Positions 54,140-64,000 of a stretch of DNA of 64,000 bases are shown piece by piece. A program made the translations under genes and the position numbers. The stretch is taken from assembly GCA_951406725.2 (NCBI GenBank), contig OX597815.1, positions 50,902,001 to 50,966,000 on the forward strand. The letters run 5' to 3'. Within the stretch, counting starts at the first letter, position 1. Each line of letters begins with the position of its first letter. The notes below the pieces were generated by a model, which was not told the origin of the DNA, ran no database searches, and was given only the letters and a program-made list of their open reading frames with translations. This stretch comes from Octopus vulgaris (lineage: Eukaryota).

Positions 54140-54340
54140 AGTCTTACAAGCTGCATGGTAGCCTCACTAGTGCTGGTGGTATTTAAAAACACACCCAGTA
54201 CACACTGTAAAGTGATTGGCAATGCCAAAGCAGATACTTGAACATGAAGCAGTCTTTGGACCTATCAGATGCTGTCAAACTGTCCAATCCATGCCAGCAT
54301 GGAACATGGAGATAAACGGATGAGGATAGAAATGATGATG
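54140..54340 (+). mobile_element. SINE family B fragment
   Basis: gtgctggtgg...cacccagtacacactgtaaagtgattggc...ccatgccagcatggaac...gatgatg. Confidence 0.7.
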
Positions 54341-55989
54341 TTCAAAATGCTGACATGATGATAATAATAGCACCTTTTGGCTCCTTTTGTTTTTGTTTTG
54401 TCTCCTTTAATTAGAGACAATGTGTAGACAACTGAATTTATTTAAGAATATTAAAAGTATATGCTTGATTGAATTTCTAGTTTTGAACAAAATACCTAGC
54501 TTTCGTTGTGGAGGGTGGATAAAGTAAATACCAGCGAATTTCAGTGATTGTACTCTGATGTCAAAATATTTTGCTTTGTGCTCATGTCAGAAATCTATTA
54601 TCAATGCCAGAAAAATTAAAAGGGAAATTTTAACTAAGAATTCTGATTCACTATTGTTGTTGTTTAATCCTAAGTTAACCTTTATCAGTCAGAGGTATGA
54701 TCAAAGATATTCCAGCATAATCAGTATTTCTTTTTAGAGATAACTAAGACTACCATATCCAATGTATTCTTTTCTTGTTTAAGATAAAAGGTGTTATATT
54801 TTGAGAAAGATCTGACTCTTATTTCTAGCAGATTTAGCAATCAAGTGGAAGCTCCCTCATTAACTTATGTGTAAGTTACTGTATTAAATAAAGTATCAGA
54901 CCTAATTACTCATAGTCTCAATCATCTCCACTACTCTAATCACTAACTTATATCAATGCTAACAATAGTTTACCTATCAGTCAAAACACTTTAATTAGTA
55001 TAATCACTATAGTTAACATTTTAATTATTGATTTTAGTTTGTCATTTATCTTCATTACTAGTTTACTGCACTAACAATATCCCTTAATAGTTTTTAAATT
55101 GAAATCTAAAACTGATTCAAGTAGAACAACATTTACAGACACTAAAAACTTTTTTGGGGAAAACTCAATATTTTTACTGTGCTACAACTGGCAGTTTGCC
55201 TTTTCTTAAAATCCCTCTTCAAACTTTTATTTCTTTACATTTTGATAGCTTGCCAGTCAAAGAACAGCATGTCAGGGGAGTATTCTTACAGCTTGGCATA
55301 CAACCAATATACTGGAGGTTGTACACCTGGGACAGGTGACTAACTAAGTGTCTTTACTTTAGTTAAATTATATAATACTTGAGGAAACAAACAAAGCTAC
55401 AAAAATAAGAGACTGATGTAAAATTCCTTAACATAGTAAAATTATTCCATATAAGTTTTTCTTTTATTTAAAAAAAATATATAACTTCATTACTAATTAT
55501 CCAAACTTAATTTTCTAACTTATCATTTATAAAACATTATATATGATAATAAGTAGGCAAATGTACATGTATAAATGAATATTTTGTGTGTATACACATG
55601 CATATTTGCAGATTTTACCTCGTCTGATCGAACAATGACAGACAGTTTTGTTACTTCTTACTTCAGCTCTCTTTCTGTGGGTATTGATTAAATAATGATC
55701 AGGTGTTTGAGGAACAAAAACAGAAAAACCAGTAGTTTTTTCTTTTTCTTTATTTTTATGAAAATATCTGAGAGTAAAATATTAATAAGCTGTGACCTGT
55801 TACCAAACTTTGGTGAAAAATACCATTGATCTCAGTTTTGTTTTTTTGCTTTGTTTTTTGTTGTTTTTTTTTTTTTTGCTAAGGAAACAGAAAATTTGAT
55901 TCCTACTTTTGATTTGGATTTAAAAAGATAAGGATTCAACAGATTAAAACTACACGCAGCTTAGGAGAAACCTAAGGCATGAAAATCCC

Positions 55990-56320
55990 CCTTAAATTAC
56001 ACCTTTATGTCTTAAAAAAAAGGGTACTGATAATATAGTACTAGATATGCTAGACCAGAAAAAAGATGGGAGGGTCATGGTTGGAATGCTTTTCATCATA
56101 AGTTTGTTCAATCGAGGCTGACCATGAACTGAACAACAACTCAAACAATAACAACAGTAACAGCAGTACAAAGTTTTTGCTGATGAGGGGATCTCCTGCT
56201 GGAAATAGTAACCAATCTCCCTCACATCATTTTAAAAGAACACATTAGATAATATCTAGATATACTATGTCTGAAAAGAGAAGATGGAATTGCTATGGCT
56301 GGAATATTCATAGATTAGCA
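55990..56320 (+). repeat. Two tandem copies of an unclassified interspersed repeat (relatives at ~14930-15060 +, ~54660-54860 -, ~56750-56810 +, ~58440-58560 -)
   Basis: Shared motifs ctgctagaaatag..caaatctccctc, cacatt(g/a)gataa, aagatgg...atgg(c/t)tggaat. Confidence 0.55.
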
Positions 56321-56487
56321 ACAACAACAAGAATGTCACCAAAGAACTGACCAGTCACCATAAGCTAACAAAGAAACTTCTACATCTGGTATTGGCAACC
56401 ATTTTTAAAAAGTGGGCTGTATGAGAAATGGTTCAACATCAGGCAAGCCACACTACAAAAAAATTCAAAGTAATATTTTGTTAGGCA

Positions 56488-56677
56488 TAAGGTGGTGAGC
56501 TGGCAGAATTGTTAGCATACCAGGCAGATTACCTAGTGACATTCCATCTGCCTCTACATTCTGAGTTCAAATTGCCTTTCATCCTTTTGAGGTCGATAAA
56601 ATAAGTACCAACTGATCACTGAGGTCGATATAACCCCCTCCTCCAGAACTGCTGGCCTTATGTCAAAATTTGAAATC
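56488..56677 (+). mobile_element. SINE family A with 16-bp TSD
   Basis: aaggtggtgagctggcagaattgttagc...gcctttcatccttttgaggtcgataaaataagtacca...aaaatttgaaatc. TSD aatattttgt(t/g)aggca at 56472-56487 and 56678-56693. Confidence 0.85.
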
Positions 56678-56845
56678 AATATTTTGTGAGGCACGCCATT
56701 CAGAAAGTTCTATGAGTCACAGTTTGCCCTTGACTCTTCTATATAGTAGTTCAACAAACTAGAAATAGCAATCAAAATCCCCTCAGATCACAACTGGAAT
56801 GTCTTCAACCATAAGCCATAAGCCAGCTTGATAAGTACTAAATAA

Positions 56846-57053
56846 CCCTTTCTACTATAGGCACAAGGCCTGAAAATTTGGGGGAGGGGACTAGTCAATT
56901 ACATCGACCCCCAGTGTTTCACTGGTATTTAATTTATCGACCTTGAAAGGATGAAAGGCAAAGACGACTTTGATAGAACTTAGAATGTAAAGATGGATAA
57001 AATGCCACTAAGCACTTCACCCAGTGTGCTAAGGAATCTGCCAGCTCACTGCT
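56846..57053 (-). mobile_element. SINE family A
   Basis: ccctttctactataggcacaaggcctgaaa...tttatcgaccttgaaaggatgaaaggcaaa...tctgccagctcactgc. Confidence 0.85.
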
Positions 57054-57499
57054 TTTTTTAAAATAAATACCTAATTCTGTCCAACTATCAAATGGCACTG
57101 CCAATTGGCTGTGTATAAGGACTAAATAATAACAACGTAATGTCCATAATAAAGGTTCAACTGATATCTATGCAGAGAGTAGACCAGCATATTGACAGCA
57201 GAGACAATTAACTATCAGTATTGATTACCACTGATAAGTTCATCTACCTTATCTAATAACTGTAATAAGAGAAATAAGGAGCTATACAATATTGCATAAA
57301 ATGCAATAATTGCAATTTCATTAAAGAAATGATAGCATGTTGATTAAGTGAAGATGAATTATCCACCAATTTTTTAATTAGTTTTCTCACTGTCATTTAC
57401 ATCTCTAGTAAATGTCTCTCAATGATGAGTACACATATAAAGAATAATACATATTGAAATTAATATACGTATATTAAGAAATTCATGTTTAACATAGAG

Positions 57500-58270
57500 G
57501 TCATGCAGCAGTACATTGGATGAATGTCTTCTGTTGTAGCTCCAGAAAAACCAATACCTTGTGAGTGAAAATAGTTGACAGAAACTGTTGGAAACCTATT
57601 GTATATGTATATATGTAAATAAATATAGGGGCAGCATAGCAGAAATACTTACCTAAAGTGTCATCCAGTGTCACCTTGGATAGCCCCAGGTCAACCAATG
57701 CCTTATAAGCAAGCATGGTTGACAGATTCTTTTAGTCTTTTATTCTTTTATTCTTTTACTTGTTTCAGTCATTTGATTGAGGCCATGCTGGAGCACTACC
57801 TTAAAGGGTTTTTGTTGAACAAATCAATGCCAGGACTTATTCTATTGGTTATGTTTACTGAATTGCTAAATTACAAGGACATAAACACACCAGCATCAGT
57901 TGTCAAGTGATGGGTGGGGGACAAACACACACACATACATACATATATACAACTGGCTTCTTTCAGTTTCCCTCTACCAAATCCACTCACAAGGCTTTGG
58001 TTAGCCTGAGGCTATAGTAAAAGACATTTGCCCAAGTGGCATGTAGTGGGACTTGACCTAGAACTATGTGGCTTCTTACCATACAGCCATGTCTGCACCT
58101 ATGTGTATATATTGTATACATATAAGTTTGTATGTGGGTAATGTGGGTGTGCTTGTGTGTGCAAAGATGTATGAATGTTGATATTTTATGGCATATCACC
58201 ACTTGTGCAAAGCAGTGACTATATTTACATTCCTTGTTGACGTTATGTTTGGCTAGTGGGCTTTCAAAGA
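57500..58270. mobile_element. Cluster of SINE fragments (tRNA-head + and -, family C)
   Basis: ccttgtgagtg...gacagaaactg; tgtttcagtcatttgattgaggccatgctggagcac; ggcttctttcagtttccctctaccaaatccactcacaaggctttgg...cccaagtggc. Confidence 0.75.
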
Positions 58271-58574
58271 CCTGTGAATATTTCATTATGCACATTTTAG
58301 TATCAATGAATTACACAGAATTTCAGTCTACCAAATTCTGCTTACAAGGTATTGGGTAACTAGATGATATTGGAAGAAGACCATGGGATTGAAAACAAAG
58401 TCAATGTTTATAAAACAGTCACACCTGTACCAGACTAGTTCTAAATGAGCAAACAGACCTATGGTTCAAGGTATTCCATCTGAGAATATCTTATCTTATT
58501 TGTATGTATAGATATCTCACACTACACCATCAAATGTGGATTTTCTCTTTTTTTAAATAGTAAAGTTTTTAATT

Positions 58575-58720
58575 GTGGCTTAGTGGTTAATGTGCTGGAC
58601 TCATAAGCGTAAGAATGTGGTGTTGATTCCTGGACTCAGCTATCCATTGTGTTCATGAACAAAGCACATTTCACATTGCTCCCAACTAACCAGCCTTATG
58701 AGTCTATATGACTCGAGAAG
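58575..58720 (+). mobile_element. tRNA-derived SINE head
   Basis: Box A-like gtggcttagtggtt and box B-like gttgattcc, followed by a CORE-like gtgttcatgaacaaagcacatttc. Confidence 0.5.
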
Positions 58721-59014
58721 GTGCTTTATTCATTTCTTTAAAGTTTTTAATTAAGATTGTAGAATATTTCTAATAAGTAGAGTAACCACATATAGACTTC
58801 ATTGTTGGCTAATTTTGTAGTGAATTAATTTCAATTAGGAAAATTTACTCACCAAGAACTGCAGCACACTACGATTCCTGAATGACAGGAGAGAGTAATG
58901 TGGTTGCCATATACAAGTGAACTTCAGACTTAAACTATTTTAGTTACAGCTTAAAACTTGCATTTTAATCATGACCCACCCAATTTTTAATGTTAGTAAC
59001 ATCATTAGCAGCAA

Positions 59015-59458
59015 TAGGCATAAGTGCATAAAAAGTTTGCTTTGCAACCATATAGTTTTAAGTTCAGTTCCACTACATGGCACCTTGAACAAGTGTCTTC
59101 TCTTACAGCCCAAGGCTGACCAAAGTCTTGTGAGTGGATTTAGTTGACAGAAACTGAAAGAAGATTGTCTTACATGTATATGTGCAAGTGTGCGTGTGTG
59201 TGTGTGTGTGTGTGTTTGTTAAAATGTGTGTGTGTGTGCACGCACACATGAATGTTTGTATTTCCTTTACTTTATATTGCTCAATAGTTTAAAATAATGT
59301 TACTGTCACACAAACAGTGTCATTCATTTCTAGTATTCTAGGAAACCATGCAAGACCATAGGAAAATAGCACCTTGCTTGGAAACAGGTGGGGGTTGGCA
59401 ACAAGAAGGATATCTGGCCATAGAAAATCTGCCTCAACAAACTCTATCCAACCCATTT
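59015..59458 (+). mobile_element. tRNA-head SINE with internal (TG)n and Meta-like tail
   Basis: gttcagttccactacatggcaccttgaacaagtgtcttc...ttgtgagtggatttagttgacagaaactgaaagaag...(tg)n...ggggttggcaacaagaaggatatctggcc. Confidence 0.78.
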
Positions 59459-59925
59459 ATCATCATCATCATTTAACATCCGCTTTCCATGCTAGCATGG
59501 GTTGGACGATTTGACTGAGGACTGGTGAACCAGATGGCTGCACCAGGCTCCAATCTGATCTGGCAGAGTTTCTACAGCTGGATGCCCTTCCTAATGCCAA
59601 CCACTCCGAGAGCGTAGTGGGTACTTTTACATGCCACCGGCACGAGGGCCAGTCTGGCGGTACTGGCAACAGCCACACTCAAATGGTGCATTTTACATGC
59701 CACCTGCACAGGAGTCAGTCCAGCGGCACTGGCAATGACCTCGCTCAAATGTTTTGTTCCTGTGACACCGGCACAAGTGCCAGTAAGGCAACGCAGGTAA
59801 CGATCACGCTCAAACGGTGCTTTTTATGTGCCACCGGCACGGAAGCCAAACAGCTGCTCGGGCAGTGATCCCTCTCAGATGGAGCTGTTAGCGCTCCACT
59901 GGCATGGGTGCCAGTAATCGAATTT
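59459..59925 (-). mobile_element. Well-preserved SINE family B with internal ~66-bp tandem repeats
   Basis: catcatcatcatttaacatccgctttccatgctagcatgggttggacg...ggatgcccttcctaatgccaaccactcc; repeated ttttacatgccaccggcac units. Confidence 0.85.
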
Positions 59926-60571
59926 GGTTCAATAAAAGTAGAAGTGAAAACAATAATGATGAGGAAGATGTTGATGATGATTCATTTCATGATGTCACAC
60001 CAATATAAAAACAAGGCTTTTTGCCAATAAGGAAAAGAAATTTATTCTTTACCTACCTTAACGGATAAAAGGGGGAAAAGAAAAAAGAAAAAGATAAAAT
60101 TTAGCAATTTCCATTAATTAACCACTAAAACTTTTAGTGTAAGTAATATTACAAACAGAAAAAAAGCAACAGCTTTGGCGGTAGGACTTGAACTGTACAT
60201 CTGTTATATTGCAACTTTGCTCTTTGCAGTTTCAAATTGTGCTTTTATTGCCTTATATAATTTATATTAAAAAGACATAATAGTTAATTCATTATTTAAT
60301 TTATGAGTTATTTCTTATTGCAAATATCGAACCAAGATGGAAAATTTTGCAATGTTAGATGTTAGTAGAATAGCCTCTACTGCTAAAGCCAAACACCAGA
60401 AAAATAGCCATAAGGAAATAAAATAGCACAATTAAAATAGCAATGAAAAGTTTTTTTTAATTAAAATAAAAAAGAAAAGAAAGAAGCAGAGGGAGAAGGA
60501 GGAATATGTGTTAATTTGAGAAGTTGTACAATCAATAATATAGTAACCAATGAAAGAGTATGAATCCCCAT

Positions 60572-60765
<194 letters not shown>

Positions 60766-60770
60766 TTTAT

Positions 60771-60943
60771 ATTTAGAGAAAGATAATTATGGCAAGTTCA
60801 TTGGATTACCCAGGGTTTCATGTCCATAAAGTGTATAGCTTGCATACAGCTGATGAGATGTGTATAGGGTCTGACAGGTTGTGTGTAAAGTTAAGTGCTA
60901 TATGGATGTGAAATCTGGGTAACCCAATGAACATTCTCTAAAT
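60771..60943. repeat. Imperfect inverted repeat / hairpin element
   Basis: gttcattggattacccagggtttcatgtccata (60806-60838) pairs with tatggatgtgaaatctgggtaacccaatgaac (60901-60932). Outer atttagagaa / ttctctaaat pair. Confidence 0.75.
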
Positions 60944-61016
60944 ACTCTACTACTCTATACCTTAGAGTGTGGTTCTCTTAAGGATTTAGGATTTACTGAC
61001 GATATGTATATACATA

Positions 61017-61203
61017 TATATATTAGAAGAAATAAGGTACTCAGAAATCTGGATGGTTTTATATTTACAGATATTTATTAATATATCACATGTTTTTATA
61101 AATCATATATTAGTGCTTTTATAAAAACATGTGACATATTAATAAATATCTGTAAATATAAAACCATCCAGATTTCTGAGTACCTTATTTCTTCTAATAT
61201 ATA
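61017..61203. repeat. Near-perfect palindrome (86-bp arms, 15-nt loop)
   Basis: 61017-61102 is the reverse complement of 61118-61203 with one mismatch seen (tatatcac vs gtgacata). (TA)n on the left flank. Confidence 0.92.
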
Positions 61204-62559
61204 ATACCTGTACATCATCTCTAAACCTTCTAATATATGTGTGTGTGTGCGTTGAATATAGAAAATACTAATTTATTAATTTATTAATTCACAGAAATGT
61301 TCATAATTGATTAAATTGGAGTAGAACTGATAAATAATGGTATACTTAAGTTGAAAATACAGGCCAAAATATCTTGAATGAGATCCTCCTGAATTTTAAG
61401 AACATTTTTCAAATCTACTAGGACAAACTTTAATTTTTATAAGAAAATCTAAGTCAGATTGTCTGGGTGCTGGATGGAAAAATCATTAAATTTCATGTCG
61501 ATATCTAATATCTGATTGTCTGGGTACAAACTGAGGAGACACTATATTTCCTTTCTTTTACGGGTAAAAACTCAAGAGTTGTTTATTTTTGAACAGAATA
61601 AACTTCAGTTATAAATCACAACCTCATCATAGAGTCAACAAATCTATTTCAGACACTGAATCAAGATCTTTTAGGCAGATTTACATAATCCTAAACTAAT
61701 TGATAGCCATTATATTATCCAGTATTGTTTATATGAACTTCTAAAATTTATGGGCAATCTTATTTATTATCACCTGTTATTTTGCTTTGATCTTGTAAAA
61801 TATCAATGGGATGAAAGCAAATATGTTCTTCATGTAGGTTAAGGTTGTAAACTGGTTGCAAGTTTCAGCAATGAAAGTCTCATAAATGTTAATCGCATGC
61901 ATATCATTACTATAATAGGAGTTGGCTTTGCTAGAAAGTCCCCAATCCAATACTTTATTAATCTTATTCTATATCAATGATTCAAACTAGAAATCAATCT
62001 AACAAAAAAAAAAAGAAAAGAAAATCCAATTATATTAGTATATAGAATCTATTTCTGACACTTATTAATCAACAAATATAGGTATACTATTCATCCATAA
62101 TGATCAATAAATACACAATTGTAATTATAAACTATGCAATAGGCTACAATGTAGGCTATAGTTGGGGTAGCCTATGCTTAGAAAATATTCATATATTGGA
62201 ATTTGAAAGTTAATAAAGAAATCGATCGACGTAAAAAAAAACAAATCCCTCTAATTTAAAAACAGAAGAGTTTTCTCAGAAAATATATTATATGTGCAAG
62301 TTGTATATTCTAGCAATATGTTATACATGTTAATATATGTTAATTTATATTCAGCTTGAGATATATGTTACTGCTTGACAACACAACTAGATTAATCTAA
62401 GCATTCAATCTTTAAGGATCAGTTTTAGCCCAGTTTGACATTTATGTCTCCTAATGATGATAAGGTATTTAGTTGATCTTAGAAGTGGTATAACAAGGTT
62501 TTCAATGTTTGTGTCACAGTAATAACATTCATGAATTTCTGCAATTAATTGGTGGAAGA

Positions 62560-63460
62560 TCAATTATAGGTTGGTAATACATTTGAATATTGTTGTTGTT
62601 CATCCACTCCCAAAATATATTGGAACTGAACCAATCAACTCAGCATTAAAACCTAGTTAATAACATGTTCAGTCTATCAGTCTACCAATTAACTATTTAG
62701 GTTTTTGTATTAATGCCAACTATTTTATGCTCAAAGTGCATCAAACAAGAGTAATTGGATTGAAGATAAGTGCCAGGTAATTTTAGTTTTGGATAATGAG
62801 TGTAGCAGTCCCATGAGATCATTTAAAAAATTCATTTTAAGAGAATTTAAACTGAGACAGTAATTTATTGGAAAATTGCTTCCCAGTGGATTTTTTTTTA
62901 TTTCTTGCATAAACGACATGCTTATTATGCAAAATGTAATATATTAAAAAGATGAATTCTTTAAAACAGAAGCATTTTGGTAAAATATTAGCAGCATGGC
63001 CAACCAAGCGAACCACACTTTTGCCTGAGTGAGAAATGACATAACAGCATCTAATCCAATCAATAGATTTAGATTTCATGTTTCTAATTTCATAGTTAAA
63101 TCTACTGGACACCACTGGCTTCTAGGAATTCATTAAAAAAACAGCAAGTTAATTCCCTTTCATAAAAGAGTATTGAAAAACGAAAAAGATTCTGTTAGAT
63201 CAGTCAGGAATATCACAATTTTGCAATTTCATAAAACACCAGGAATCAGTTGATATGAAATCAAATGCAAAGCAGTAGCATAACATTGTGAAATATTTGA
63301 AAAATTAACTAGAATATCGAAATGTTAACAAAATTCTCTGTCTTAAATTTGTCAGAATCATAAAAAAAGAAAAAATGCTTTAGACATTATGAGCAACAAT
63401 TGAAAAAAAAATCCAATTCAAACATCACAAACAACATACCTGTTACTTGCCAGGTAAGTA
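62560..63460 (-). pseudogene. Possible degraded hAT transposase remnant
   Basis: VRLVGHAANILPKCFCFKEFI resembles VRWLSRG.VL.RFF.L.EEI, and NFLNDLMGLLHSL resembles LAFL.D.TGHLN.L, in the expected order. Confidence 0.3.
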
Positions 63461-63556
63461 TGTTATGAGATCACCAACTTTTTCTTCTTCTAAAATTAGG
63501 TGCTATAAATTATTTATACCACTTTAACTCTATTATTTTGTATCTACAAAGTAACT

Positions 63557-63770
63557 TCACTCAGCTGCAGAAATGAGTTGTGATGTCACTGGTGCCGAGC
63601 TGTAATGGCCTTTGCCTTCCCCTTGGATAACATCGGCAGGATGGAGAGGTGGGGCTGATATGCATGGGTGACTGTTGGTCTTCCATAAACAACATTGCCC
63701 AGACTTGTGCTGCAGAGGGGAACTTTCTAGGTGCAATCCCATGCTCATTCATGACCAAAGGGGGTCTTTA
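63557..63770 (+). mobile_element. GC-rich interspersed repeat fragment (probable SINE 3' part)
   Basis: Abrupt GC-rich island ending ggaactttctaggtgcaatcccatgctcattcatgaccaaagggggtcttta; no credible ORF. Confidence 0.45.
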
Positions 63771-64000
63771 TGCTTTACAAAGTAATTCACCAGTCACTTA
63801 GCACCTGCAGCATAGGTTACTCAACTCAGTGCTTGTGTCTAATATCACTTACATTATATTAGAATGTGATTTAAACTGTAAATTTTAAAATATATTTCAA
63901 TTAACAATATGATAAAACAAAATCCTATATTGACATTGACTAATTCAGCCAAATTACAGTACTTTAACACTAGATTACATAAAAGAATTGTCATGACTAC

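Noticed and set aside
60849-60925. CTGATGAG...GAAA as another hammerhead
   Set aside because: No convincing stem II closes onto the core and stems I and III are not consistent.
61440-61880. Possible minus-strand LINE RT remnant (YVNL..KDLDSV resembling FVDL.KAFDSV)
   Set aside because: One weak, frameshifted motif is not enough to annotate.

Overview
AT-rich eukaryotic (metazoan) genomic DNA, dense in (TA)n/(CA)n/(TAA)n microsatellites and tRNA-derived SINEs. The repeat inventory strongly suggests a coleoid cephalopod such as Octopus (inferred from remembered SINE motifs, not a search). The only real protein-coding sequence is one large terminal exon (21425-24274, +) of a basonuclin/disconnected-family C2H2 zinc-finger gene with three finger pairs. 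No upstream exon was found, so 1-21424 is probably intron. A very long 3' UTR may run to about 44.6 kb. The 47.5-64 kb part is repeat-rich: SINEs, an R4/Dong-like LINE end and degraded hAT remnants. The most notable non-coding structure is a ~427-bp inverted repeat (19949-20375) about 1 kb upstream of the splice acceptor; each arm carries a minimal hammerhead-ribozyme-like motif, typical of Penelope-like elements. Further long hairpins lie at 60.8-61.2 kb. Repeat boundaries were read by eye and are approximate.
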